Assembly: GCA_965113315.1 (NCBI GenBank)
Contig: OZ220374.1
From: Podarcis vaucheri
Lineage: Eukaryota
Reading direction: 5' to 3' (one strand)
DNA length: 64,000 bases
Under the pieces are notes generated by a model. That model did no database searches, was not told where the DNA came from, and saw only the letters and a program-made list of their open reading frames with translations. A program made the position numbers and the translations under genes. Shown here piece by piece: positions 12,676 to 26,700 of this stretch. The first letter of the stretch is position 1. The number at the start of each line of letters is the position of its first letter.

Positions 12676-12796
12676 CACATATCAAGGCATGTTGAATATT
12701 CTGTTGAGCCTAAGAGGACATCTGGAGGTCTGTACCACAGGGTAACCACTTCATTGGAGTATGTATGACTAGGGACAGATTTGGCTCTTGCAAGTC
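12676..12796 (-). CDS. CDK14: CDK14 coding exon (121 nt, phase 1/2): (G)[39 protein letters not shown](W)
   Basis: Activation segment [10 protein letters not shown]. Acceptor ctctttag|GA, donor TG|gtaaga. Confidence 0.98.
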
Positions 12797-13597
12797 CTAA
12801 AGAGCAAATACAAGCACAACAAAGAAAATCAGCATATAAAGAAATAAAGGTCACGTTAGATCTTTAAAAGGTATGTGTAATATGAGTCTGCTTGAAAAAG
12901 TAGATTGTGTTTCTTCTGGCCATGTGTTAAGTTAATCAGAGAAAAAACATATCCATTTCTATCATTCAACACATCACAAAACAAAGCTACAGATCATGAA
13001 ATATCAAGTGACTGCATTATTGTTTCAGTCATTATAGGGTTGTCATGTTGTTGTTTTTTAGGATCTAGTTTTTCATGTTTAAAAAGAGAAAGTATTAGGC
13101 ACAATTTTTAAAAACTATTTAATAAAAAACTCAGAGATGAATCCTTAAATGTTAGCATTTAGAGCAGGGAACATAACCTGTGTAACTCAATGACAACTAG
13201 TGGATTAAACAGAGAGCTAAATAGCTCATACACTGAGTAACGTTTAAAGCTTCAGGCAGATCTTGGATGCTGTATATCTGCATACTGCTAGAAAAAATAT
13301 ATGCCATCTGCCCTTAACCTTGAACATTTAACATACTGCTCTGTGCTAAGAGTAAGACTGCTGATCTTGGATGAAATAATTCAAATTCCTTTTCAACTGT
13401 GAAACAAACAGAACAGCAAGTCACTATACTGCAGCAAAATCTACCTCATAGGACTTGTGAAGCTAAAATTCCACTTTAGGCATATCTGAGAAGAGCAACA
13501 TCATTCCTTCTAAAATCATTTATTCTAATAGTAAACAGAGGTGGCTGAGTAACTATCAGCTTGGAAGTAAACTGAAGTAATCCCCCCGCCCACATTG

Positions 13598-13920
13598 ACC
13601 TGTTTCACACTAAGCCAAATCATGACATAGCACAGAAGAGATCCTAGTGCTTAATTCTTCCTTGATTGTTTTGCTGCTATGTCACACTGAGATAAGTCAT
13701 AGTTTGGTTTAGTGTGCGATCTGAACCCAGGATTGTGGTTTAGCTCTTCTGGACAAACCACAAGCTGCAGCCACGGAACAAACCTTGGTTATAGTTTGTG
13801 GTTAGTCTGGAGAGAGCTAAACCACAAGCCTGGGTTTGGACAGCATGTTATGTAAAATTATGGCTTAGCTCAGTATGGCACAGGAGTGTGGTTTGGTTTA
13901 GCATGATGTGCAACCCAGGT
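13598..13920. repeat. Long imperfect palindrome, probably an old MITE
   Basis: Left arm AACCCAGGATTGTGGTTTAGCTCT..GGACAAACCACAAG is complementary to right arm TTTGTGGTTAGTC..AGAGCTAAACCACAAGCCTGGGTT. Symmetry continues outward with more mismatches. Confidence 0.7.
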
Positions 13921-16900
13921 CATTGTGATTCTCTTCAAAAGGTATTTACTAGGCTCAAATGTATTTTAACAGCAGCACAGCCACTATAATTTCAAAAGCA
14001 TTGTGATAATTAAAATAGCTGCATGCAAAGGGTTCCAGGTTCAATCCCTGGCATCTTAAGTTAAAGGATCTTTAATAGTTGGCAAAGAGTGATCAAGATT
14101 ATACAAATTATTACAGGAATCAATATTTGATTGGATTCTGTGACTGCTCTTTTATATTACAAGAAGGCATTGGTACAGATTTAGAATTTGATAGAATATG
14201 GTTAAATATTGTGACAAAAATTAAAAGCCACCACAGTTTAAGGGATGGAGAGAGAATGGCCTGTTCACATGACATGGAGAGGAGGCACAGGATTATGGAA
14301 CCAGTTGATGAATATGAATTCTGTTTAGAAAAAACCAAAAGCTAGTTTATCTGCTGTAAATTTGAAGTTGGGTTTTTACTCCTGTAGTTTATATTTATGC
14401 TATGTTTGGTAACATGTTTTGAAAATAGCAAAAAAAGAAAAGAAAAATACCAGAGCATGCAGATGACCAGGTAGGATGAACTGAGCGTGAAATATTCTAG
14501 AAAGGCATAACTGCTCGGCAGTTATAAAGGCTGAGCCTATTAAATTATATGGATGAATTAATAAAAAACTGCATAGAATTATTTTCCTATCTAGCAGCTG
14601 CCACCAGAATATTGCATGCAAATAACTAAAGGTCTCAGGAAACAGCTAGCGTTAATCAATGGATAGATAGAATGCGGGGGTACACCTTAATGTCTAAGCT
14701 GACACCCTTCCTAAGGTCAAAACAAACAGGACAAAGACAAAATACTTTTGCAGCAAATGTGATTTCCCAAATGTTAAAAAAATGCTCCTTCTTCAAAAGA
14801 TACAATGTGACTTTGAGATGTTCTGAATTCTAAAGAACTGATTATGCTTTGTTTCTTTTTCTTGGTTTTATCAGTTTCATGCAATCAATTAAGTTTACTT
14901 TATTGATTCTATATTTTAATACTGTAAGCTTTTCTTCTATTTCATTGCAACATGTTTAGTAACAAATAATAATAAGGTTGGGCCTACATGTTTAAAATAA
15001 TTGTACATCCTTCAGCAGTTATGCAGAACATCAAACACTAGTAGTTCAATCTTTTAGATATACTATTACTCTCAGAAATCTTTAAAAAAACCCACATCTT
15101 CTGGGGCACAGCACAAGTTACAAATGAATGACAAGTTACAGCATTGTTGGCTTTCCCCATCTTTTGAATGATAACCTAGACATGGCAACATATTTCATAT
15201 TGTTTGTAGATCCAAACATGCAAACTCATGCAAAATTTATCTAACCGCTTCCTCCAGCTGAGGAAAAGCTGTAGGACAGGATTAATTAGCACAGCATGTG
15301 TGATCACTTTGTTTAAGGATTCCTTGTCTGTTTCCATGGTTACACTACAGGAAGCCACACGCTCTTCCAAAAGTCAGTGCTGCTTGTATTAGCGATTATT
15401 ATAACTTTTATGAAGCGAACATAAAGTAAAAAGGTAATGGGAAAGATAGCCAGGTGAGCATATAATATTTGCATATTATTACTTATTCTGTTTTGGCCTG
15501 AAGATCTATAGGGATAGTTTCATGACAATCCAGTAAGGTGAATTTCAGATCTTGCTCTTTTTGCCAGATTAAAAAAAAGTCACCAAAACAGCCCCCTGCC
15601 CATGTCAATTCTCTACAGTAAGAAGACAGTAAGAAGATGAGGAAGTTGTCAGAAGTCAAGGCACATCACCTAATCGCCATGGCTATCACTAACACTACAC
15701 AAAACTGATAAAGTTATAGGTGAAGCAGCTGTGCTGTTTATGTTTTGCTTTGTGTACTTCTGCCATGCAATAAATTCTACATACAATGCATACCCAAGAT
15801 AATTTAATGCCAATTAAATTCTTTTTAATGCCAATTAAATTCTTAATCACTTTAAACAGTCCTTTGTGAACATAAATAATGCAGTTAAAAGCATGTGTGC
15901 TATTCTCCACACCTTCAACATAACTTTACATGTTGAGTAGTGATTTTAATCTGTGCTAATGAATGTAAGCACAGAATGCAAGGGATACTCATTATTCAGA
16001 ATTAATCAATTACGAATGCTTGCCATCCACCTTTGTGTACTAATTTTCAAATATTCATGTTGCAATCGATGCATGTTACAAGAAAGGGCACAACATTCAG
16101 CAGAATCTTTCATTTCTAATATCCAGATTCCTAGTGATTCAAAAGTCAAGTGGTATCCCCTTCCACCCTCATGATGTACACAACTGTAGTTTTAAAATTC
16201 TGATTACTTAAATTTTTCAAATGGCTCATTCTGTATGAAGACACAGGATTAGAAAATACTGCACATCTGTATTTCTCAAATGACTTATATTCCTAAATAC
16301 TCAGAAGAGGCTGTAACATATTCTCTGTAAAAGTATGTTACACTGATGTAAGAAAAGAAATTATTATATTATACAAGCATGCACAGCTTGAATATGATAA
16401 CTGTATTGACAGCTGATTAGGGGGGCTATATTGATACAGGTCAGAAGAATAATCTTTCAAAATTCCAAAAATTCACTAATTCATAATTTGAGTGGAGTAA
16501 CATGCAGACCTGCCGGATAAAGTGGCCTTCATTAGACTGACCACAAGGCCAGAAGAAACTCAGACCAAAAACCCATGTTCCACATGCCAAAGTTTACAGT
16601 AGCAATGTTCTGACAATCTTATCTCAGCTCTATAAACTAAGATATTAATGGGACTTAATCCATGCATGACACGCCTTTGCAGCAAGAGAAATCAAACCAG
16701 GAAGCCTCTAATGGACTGTGGTTTGCCAGTTTAGAGGAAACTAGAACTATGGTTACCAGCTTTGGAAGATACTAGAATCTTCAAACCATGATTTTGGATC
16801 CCAGCTTGTTCTAAGTCTGCTACTTTTCCTGCTCAGACTAAATGGAGACGATGGTTAGTGATTTCCTGCTTGCAGAGGCAGCCCAAGGTGTTTCAGCTTA

Positions 16901-17057
16901 TTTCCCCATTACTAATCAGAAGCTAAAAATCAGTGATTTTGATTTTTTATTAAGAAAATGCATGCATTTTATTCACAATAGCACCATACTTTTTAAAAAA
17001 CAAAAATAAAACACCTCTTATACTTTAAATATGTTCTGTGAACCTTTTGCTCTAGAG

Positions 17058-17557
17058 CAGGGGTCTGCAACTTTTAAGACAAAAAGAGCCACTTGGACCC
17101 GTTTCCGAAGGAAAAAAAAACTGGGAGCCGCAAAACTCGTCATTATAAAAACAACTTTTTTGTCACTTTTTTAAATTATTTCTTTGTTTGACCCCTCAGA
17201 ATTACTCCTCCTCATAGAAATAAACATTAAATTAACAAGTTACCATTTTTTGTGTGTGTGTTCTTCACTCCCCTTCAAAACAGTGACCAGCGTACATGCC
17301 CCCTTTCAATGCAGTGACCAGCGTACATGCCCCTTACAATGTAGCGGGCGGGCGGGCGGGAAGGTGACGTTGGGACGGTGCGTGACTAACGCACGCACCG
17401 CCCCCATGTGACGTCACAGCCAGTACAGCGCCCGCCACAGTGGGGAGTGTCGGGGCGCACAATGCGCCTCCTCCCCTCGCTAGTATCCGCCCTGGAGCCA
17501 CGGCAAAGGTGTAAAAGAGCCACATGCGGCTCCGGAGCCGCGGGTTGCAGACCCCTG
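17058..17557. mobile_element. hAT-superfamily MITE (500 bp), young
   Basis: Perfect 14-bp TIRs CAGGGGTCTGCAAC / GTTGCAGACCCCTG. Perfect 8-bp TSD CTCTAGAG at 17050-17057 and 17558-17565. Confidence 0.95.
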
Positions 17558-18429
17558 CTCTAGAGGCAATGTTTGAAAACTCCACTAAATAACAATTCTG
17601 TCCTTAAAATATAAACCACACATTATAGTACAGAGTTTAATACTAAAAAGCCGCTCTTCCTCAGCAATACTAATATCCTATCAATGTTATTGTAAAACTG
17701 GAATCATCATGAAATTGTATACGTATACAATTTAACAGCTGGCTGATTTTCTCTTTGCTTTCCTGTTTCTAGTTTTTCATTTAATGAACCTAATTTTGTT
17801 ACCATGTAAATATTCTCTATGAAGATAACTTCTGCTAATTACGCAACAAATATGTGAGTGTGATGCAGTGAAACAGTAAATACATTCTGATTAGTATTTC
17901 AGAGTAATAGCAAATAATTTAAAGACAACTCTGAATTGCAAATAGTTGAGTAACAGCATGACTGGGTATGCAACAAAAGGAATTATAGGCAAAAAAATAA
18001 GGAGAATGCATATGGCCCAGAAGCTAATTATTTAAATACATAGGACCATAACCAACTAGAGTGAAAGTTTGGGAACAACTGGACTAAAATAAATCAAGTA
18101 ATAGTTCATTAGTTCCCCAGAGGGTCTTTACTAATGCAATGAAATACTAAAGGCCATTTTAGTCTTAATATGGAAAATGAGCAATACATCGGGTAACAAG
18201 AATCAACATGGTAACATTTAGGAAACATATTTCTCATTAAAAAGGAAAAATTACAGGGGAAAGCTGTGAATGTGATATTAGACTTTAAAAGGTCTTTTCT
18301 GAGTGGAGTTAAAAGCAGAACTAGTTTGCAATTTTAAGGCACAGTGTACGTTTTGATCCTTGTTTACTACTATCTGAAGAACAGAAGTAGAAAAGGTCTC
18401 ATGCGATATACAATATAAGAATTATATAA

Positions 18430-18595
18430 CAGTTAGAGTGCTGGACTATGACCTGGGAGACCAGGGTTCGAATCCCCACTCAGTCATGAAACTCACTGGG
18501 TGACCTTGTGCCAGTCACCATCTCTTAGCCCAACCTAGCTCACAGGGTTGTTGTGAGGATGAAATGGGGAGAACCACCATGTTTAACACCTTCAG
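18430..18595 (+). mobile_element. tRNA-derived SINE (older Squam3/Ther1-related), 5'-truncated
   Basis: Pol III B-box GGTTCGAATCCC followed by CTGGGTGACCTTG.GCCAGTCA and CTCACAGGGTTGTTGTGAGG, similar to the SINEs at 38495 and 44233. Confidence 0.75.

Positions 18596-18628
<33 letters not shown>
18596..18628. repeat. (CAAT)n microsatellite at the SINE tail
   Basis: Directly visible, about 8 units. Confidence 0.95.
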
Positions 18629-21600
18629 CTTAATACAAGATAGGCATTTTGTTAACATAGCTTCCTGTCCAAGTTCCTCATCTCAGTAGAAATGTTTGAA
18701 GAACTTTACGAAATCTTCTCAAGTTGTATTCATTCCTGGAAGTCTGACTGAGGGTTAAAGGTGATGCTGCTAAGTAATCTCAGTTTAAAAGGCTAAAGGA
18801 AAACTAGCAGAGCATGAAGACTGTAGAAAAGTCTCTTAAATACAGAGCTTAAATTATCTGTGGCAATGTTAAAGCTCTACCCTTTCTAGTTATTACAACG
18901 AGGCCAACAATATTCTTTGGGTACAATCCCAGTTTCTCACTGATGTACTTCTGCTTTGTAGAGCCTGTTTTTCAAGTGCCTGTATATTATTTGCAGCCAC
19001 AAACTGCTACTGAGCTTGCAGCCAAGGCCTAAAATAACTAGTACAACCATCTTTTACAAAATAAAATAAAGTACCAGTTACAAGTAGCGCCTACACAGCA
19101 GGCATCTGTGCTCAACAATAACTGCACAAATCCAAAATGCAGGTCTGGCTTCCAGAGCTTCAACCTCTTTTTCCTTCTCATCTGTGTTTCTTTTCATCAG
19201 AATTCTATCAGCATGACAAGTTGCTGTTCCTCTACATGACATGTCTGGAGGAGAAAGAACAACTCAAGAAATACCAGCCAGCCAATCTATTAATCTAAAT
19301 AAACAATGGAAAATGTAAGCCGCCCTCGTGTTTTGGCTCACTTCAGCCACAAACACTCATATACACACATCAATAAAACAATCATTTTGTGTCAGGACAG
19401 CCAAGTCCAACTTCCTTCTTCCTACACCCTTGCCCAGTGGAATTCTTAAGTACACTGACATATTGCAATAAGAGTGTTTTTTATGTTTTTTGGGGAACAG
19501 GAATAGTTTGCTAATGGTGCATTAATTTATTATTTTATTGTGGCCAGCTTTAACCAGTTAAGGTCATTTTTACCTGCGGCTGCTGCTTTTAACTTGACTT
19601 TGATGTGTGTTTTACCTGGTGTATATTTTATGTATTTTTATTGCTTGATTCTTTATAGTTTAATATATTTTTATTGCACTGCGATTTTATATTATTGCAG
19701 CTCACCTTGAGTGGCACAAAGGCACCAAAAGGGTAGGACTGAAGATTTTATATGAATGAATAAACAAATATTAAGTCACCACATGAAACTTATGGCCAGA
19801 TGTGACTGGAATTAGATGCATACTTCTACCAGAAAAGCAGTTAGGGTGGCTTGTTAAAATTGCTTCATAAGAAAACACCATATTTTATATAAATATTTAC
19901 TGCAAAGTTACTAGTCATGTAGCTTGTTAGGATCAAGAATGCTGTAATCTATTTTTTAAAAACCACTACGTTCATGGATACATGTTGCATTTTACATTCT
20001 CCTCTTACTCAGCATAATTTTAAATACACTGTACTGAAAGAAAAATGTGCAACTTCCTTTATTGCAACATTCCATCATGCCCCCACTCCAACAAAAGTTC
20101 TCTAAGAAGTTTATAATTCTCTATCTGCTCTACGATCCAAAATAGCAACCTTATGTAAAAGCACTGGAGACTTTAAATCTATAAACAATCAAGTAAAAAA
20201 AATGTGAAGAAAGGTCAAAGGCAGTTAGCTCTGCAGTTCAAGTTTCACTGTGTGATTAGTTAACTTAAAATATTAGTTTTATTTGCTGGCTACAGCCAGC
20301 ACATTAGCTTTGCTTTGGGAAATAGATAAAGTATATCAAATTCACACCCAAATCAGCTCAATTTACTTCTCATTTAACTGTGTAACAGGGAGAACTCGTG
20401 CCATATTTTAAAAACCTTTAGAATTTCAACTTGCCTTGTAATAAAAAGGAAAAAAATACCACTTGTCTTAGCAAGCGATCCTAATCTTCTGGGAAGGGCA
20501 GATGAATGGCGAGTGGAAGTTGCCAACATCCCACTTTGTGGGTGAGCAGGAAGGCTCACCACTGGAGCTTTCCTTGCTGAGGTGCTGGAAAGTCTACCAA
20601 GCACTGGTCAGCCAGAGGTGCTCTGCTGGTGATGGGCCCAGATATGGGGCGTGTTGGTGACATGTCAGAGGAAGCTGCAGATTGCAGGCCCCAAGTCCCT
20701 TTGTTTTCCAGACATATCTCCCCAAATGGCTCTGAACAACTCCATCACTGAAGATGGCATAGTAGTAGCAGGGAAAATAAAAACACTTCAGTGAGGGCAG
20801 GGAGAGAGGAAAAGGCCACTTCCAGAATCTTCTACCCTATCCCACAGCACTTTGCTGGTAGATCAGTGACGGGATTCTACACACACACACGACTGCTCTC
20901 CTTTGTGCAACAATTATTTCCAAAAAGCACACCATACATGGCCTTCAATTCTTCTCATGCTTTCTTCAATTTTTAATTTTATTAAAAATCCCATCTGTGT
21001 TTTCATTGTCTTTGATAAATAGATTCATCTTCATAAACGCTATTTTAGAGTGCTGCTATATGGTAGTAAACACAGCCCTGAACTGTTTCTTTGGTGGGAG
21101 ATTATTATCTGTATTTTCAAATCCATCAGCTACAACACAATATGCCAGCAAATATGAGAATTTTGTAATTTTTTAATACAAGAACAATGGTTTTCCAAAG
21201 GTCTAAGCTCTGAGTATGATTTTATTTTTTTTAGCTCGGAGGAGATGAAGTGTCCCTGGGACACTGAATTAAAACTGAGTTGCACTGTTGAGTTTTATAA
21301 ACTTGTGATACCAGATCTGAAGGCCATCTCTTCAGGTTTGAAAGGTCGTTAGTGATTTCGTATTTATTACTCTGAAAAGATAAGCCTTCTCCAGAAGAAA
21401 AGCAGATTCTTTACTGACATCCTATCTGCCGAAATCAACCAGCTACATTTAAATTTCTATTTCTTGTGTGCATAATAAGGATAATAGCTTCACAATAATC
21501 CTTGTGCAACAACCTTCTAAGAATATAGAAACATGAGAGAAATATATTCCAAGAGCAGCAAAATCATTTGATGTCTTTGGTGGAAGAGCAACTTTGCATA

Positions 21601-22258
21601 TAACTTTGTAATAGCAATACTTCTTAAGAGATAGATTTGCTTTACTATTTCTCATTATGGCAATGTGGGATCATGACCCTATATAGCTTTATCTGGTAGT
21701 TTAAAATTTTATTATAGTTTTCACCAAAAAAGTCAACTCATCTTGTATTCAATTTCAAAATATCATGATACAGCATAAGGAAATAATATAAATTCAATTA
21801 AAAACATTTATCTTCTCTTTTCTACCCAAGTCTAACTACAGATTTTCATTAAACACAATGTAAAATAATATGGGGAAGACTCAACACTCGATTGACAGCA
21901 TGAAAGTATGTTGCTGGAGACTAGTCTTTCAATTAAGAAGCGACCAAGAAACATCCTAAATATGCTTAAAACGCTTCAGTGTCTTCCTGAGCCCATAACT
22001 GTATGGAGAAAGTATTACTTATTTGCAATAACAAATAATTTCCTTCAAGTTAAATACCATGTTAATAAGAAAGACTGTACTCAAACTTTCTACCTAGTAC
22101 TGAGACAGGTTACTTCTTTCCATATTCTTGTCATTCAGTAGGATATGAAGTATTTTTATGAATTTTATTTTATCAATCATCACTGTGTCCAGAGTCAGCT
22201 TGTGACTAAGAGAAAGATAGCTGAAACATTTCCCACATCATTATAAGATAATCTTTTA

Positions 22259-22531
<273 letters not shown>

Positions 22532-23763
22532 TTAAAATACCAGAATTTATTTTTAAGCAATGTTTAATATGTAGAGGTAAGAAACATCCACTTCACTGCA
22601 TCCAACTCTATTCACCTGCTTTAACAATCCTTAACAATAACTACAAACAGTAGAGTCAATCCCTATCAAGCCACAATTATATTCTGTTTACCCATATGGC
22701 CTTAGAGATTAGGTGGTAGCCTGAAGACAGATGTGTATCTTCACTAATTAAAGAAAACAACAGCATATGGAGAAGAGGAAAGGAGAAGAACACAGTGCTG
22801 GGACAAAAAATATATATGAAAGTAGTGAAAAGGGATATCAAAAATATATAAATTGCAAAGGCTTCTATTCTCAAATATTTGATACAAGAGTTTATTTTTA
22901 AAAACTCAAAATGTGACCAAAGAGGGAATTTTAACTTATTCACAATACTTCTAAAGATAGGCTAACTGATTAGATATGTTCTCAGTATGCTAATATATCC
23001 AGGAACTCACTGTGCACTTTGTATTTTCTTATAATTTCAAATCTCATATGAAAGTCACTTGTCAGAGGACTACATCAAATATTAGGCTTGCATGCTGGCA
23101 AAATTTTGAGTTTCTTTTTGCTGATTTCACCTCAGCATGCCAGATATTAAGGCTACTCTTCAGTAGCAAATCTTTTGTAAAAACAGTCGTAAGGTTATTA
23201 TTACATGACAAGATAATTGCAATATATCATAGACATAACACAAACATTTTACTTCACCCAGCCGTTAAGCTATTTGCAAACAGTGATGTCCTCTTGTTTG
23301 TGTAGGAATATTAGACCATTAAAAATTCTCAGAATCAATATACCGGCATGAAGTAGTTCCTAATTAGCTATCAACACAGCACCTGTATGAATTTATGGAA
23401 TATGATTACTGAATAAACCAAAGGGCAACATGAAAGTACAGAAATGTCATGTTACTGAAGCTGAATATTTAATTAAATGTCCTTTCCTCTCTGCCTGTTC
23501 ACATGATAGTATATTGTTAATTTCTGAAAGAAACTGAAGATATACAAGGGTAACAAGTACAGAAATAAATTAGGAAAAAATTACACTTCAGGTGGCATTT
23601 TTGACACAATGTATTTTTAAACAATGAAATGAAGCTGGCTAGTATAAATCTTAAATTTTAGATTATACATTATAAAAATAGCTTTCTCACCTCCCAGTTC
23701 AGGGAGGTTGCTCTGGATCCTAGGAATCATCAAAGTTTATTTTGACTGAGAACATAATAGGCC

Positions 23764-23787
23764 TGATTGATTGATTGATTGATTGAT
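23764..23787. repeat. (TGAT)n microsatellite
   Basis: Directly visible. Confidence 0.9.
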
Positions 23788-26700
23788 CACTTTTTGAGGA
23801 ACTTTCCCCACAAAGCAGCTTAACCATATCCACTAAAAACCTACTCCACCTGTGCAGGAGTTCATATGTGAAGTGCTCTGCAGTACTGAAGCAAAGTTGT
23901 AAAATTTCAATTATGTCACACCTAGATTTTTTTATTTCAAGTCATCAGTCTGAAAAATGGCAAGCCACACATTAAAGACAAATGAACAAAATTTCCTGTT
24001 TGGTGGAATACTATTTATATAGAACAAATATTGTACAATGTTATGTTAGAATACACCGCTACACACCTTGTACCCTCCATTTTAATGTTAACTTCAATAC
24101 TGTGAGAATATTATGTTGTTGCCAAATTCCAGTTCTTCATTTAGTGAAGTGGCCTTATTTCTGTGTGAACATCAATGAGAAATCTTATAAATGTTGAGTT
24201 GAACTCAAGTAAGGCACCGCTGGTATGCCTGGACAAAGTGAGGTTCAAATTGCCAGTAAGTTTGGTATTTAGAGCAATGACAAAGTGGCTTAGGATGTCT
24301 CCAACACAATTTTATGGGAAACTCTGAAAATAATCAGGATGTCCCACTGGTAAGGGAAAGGAAGGTCAAAGGAGTTCCAAAAAGGGGAACACTCAGACAA
24401 CATTGGAACAGATGCTACACATATAGAAGCCTACTTGCTTTTATATTTATTGACAAAATTTCTAGACTACCACATATCACACACATAGTGATCTTATCAT
24501 GCTTTTCAACATATACATTCAACATTGAACAACAACAATTTACCATATTTAAACCATTCATTAATAAAATACAGCTTGCAGAAAAAACTAAAAACTTTAT
24601 ATAACATTAATGACAGTAATTGCCTCCAAAGGTCATGGGGGAAATAGAAAACAGATTCACATAATGTTAGCTCTGTTGAATTTTGAAGTGCAATCAAACT
24701 GTTTAGTTAATCTGTAAAACAATCTAAAGTACTGAAACACCACACTTGATGGCCATGGAAAAAACATGTTTTTGCTGTTTTGCCTTGACAATCGCACTTT
24801 AACTGAGGTACTGCTTTCCAATAATGAGTCCTGGGAGCGATGGTGCCATTGGAAGGTCAAATCAATTTAGAAGTTTATGGAGTGTGATATCAATGTGTTA
24901 GCAATGATTAAAATGTAAGGGCAAACACATTAAAACCAACAATTTCTCCAATAAAGACGTATCAGCTCTCTCAGCAAGAACTAAGATTCTTTCCACTCTT
25001 TCAGACTACAAACTACAAAATTCTCCAGTTTATGACTTTAGAGATTTCCAACAATTTTGAGACTTACTTATTATACTCACAGTAAGGGCGTACATAAGAA
25101 AGGTGACAGAAAATGGAAAACTGAAACGTGGAGGTGGGTTAATATTTTAAAGTGTGCCACTGGAGATAGTTTGAGCACTGAAATTGTAAATTTAATATGG
25201 AACACCATTAGGGACATGCTTGCCTTTGAAAGAACCCTCTATGTAAAGGCCTCAGTAAAATAAATTATAAATTTAAAGTTAAGTTTAAAGAAAATGGATG
25301 ATAAGTAGAGAGAGCAGAGGATCTTGAAGTTGCCCTTTAACAGTTAGCACCTGGACAGAAGACTGAGCAGGCACACAGTAATTTTAAATGTGTATCTAGA
25401 CATATAAACAAGCATGTCTGTTTTGTTTTGTTTTTCAAATCTATAATATTTTGTCCTCTTTTTGGTGATGGGTTAAGTGGTCACCTTAAACACTATATAC
25501 ATAAACCCTTACGTCCCCCCCCCCAAACTATATCCTAAAACAGATGGTCTTAGAACTAAGTAGAGGGCAGTGACCCTGGGATAAATCTTTAGTGCTACCC
25601 GGGATCCAGTGCAGGATGAAAGTTTTGCTGAACAGACTCAGAACAGTGACCACCATGCTATCAAATTCAACATATATAAATGGACAATTTCCAAGAAAAC
25701 CCAAGTCACATTTGACTTCATTGGCTCACATTCTAGCAGCAACATCTAGACCTACAGATGCCAAGTGAGCAGTGGAGCTGCTGTAATACCCCAAAAGAGG
25801 ATGACATGCCTTCAAACACAGAAGACAGACTAGAATTATAACTGCTGGATGACATTTCCAACTTTCATCAAAAAAGGAAAGAAAAATAAAAAGACAAATT
25901 TTGATAGACAACTTCTAAAAACTGATTTTTAGCCCGTGTCAAATGACGATGATGATGGTGGTGATCTCCAATGACAAAACTAGCTTACCACCACATCCCT
26001 GAAGAGACCTAGGTACAGATCCCTACTTGACCAGGGTGCATTCTAGTTTGTCTTAAGGAAAACATATTCTTACAGCCCAAATAGCCTTTGAAAGGACATG
26101 AAATATGTTAGTAACAATCCTCAGAACAACAGCATTTTGGGCCTTCTAAGATAGTGGACATTATAGGGGCAGAATTTGCTAAAGACATGATTTCCAGATT
26201 TTGAACTCTATAGCATAACTACATTCTTACAAGGGACAGATATCACACTTGCTTTCACAAAAAAAGGCTTCCTTCCACACAGCACTAAGATCTTTATATT
26301 TCGAAAAGTACACATTTATACCTTTATTTACTGTGCTTATCAATCTTTCCCGCTTCCTTCACAATGCTGATGTTCTGACAAGTATGATTAATTAACTGAA
26401 CAAAATAATACACCTTCCTGATCTGCTAGCATAATGTTAATAGAAGGAAGAAACTGTCCTCCTTGATCAATGAGGTTAAAAGGCTCCTTCACACATCATC
26501 ACAATCAATGGCTCTTTCAAAATTTAATGAAAATGCTAAAGGAAAAAAATTTGCACAGACAATTCTTGATCGCCTTTCTTTTTAAAAAAAACCTTGCATA
26601 TATACAGTATATGCATCATGAGGGATGAGGGTTCAGTTATGGAAATATACTGTAAGATGATTCAGGTAGTTATGCTTAAAAACTTAAGGGGAAGCATTTT

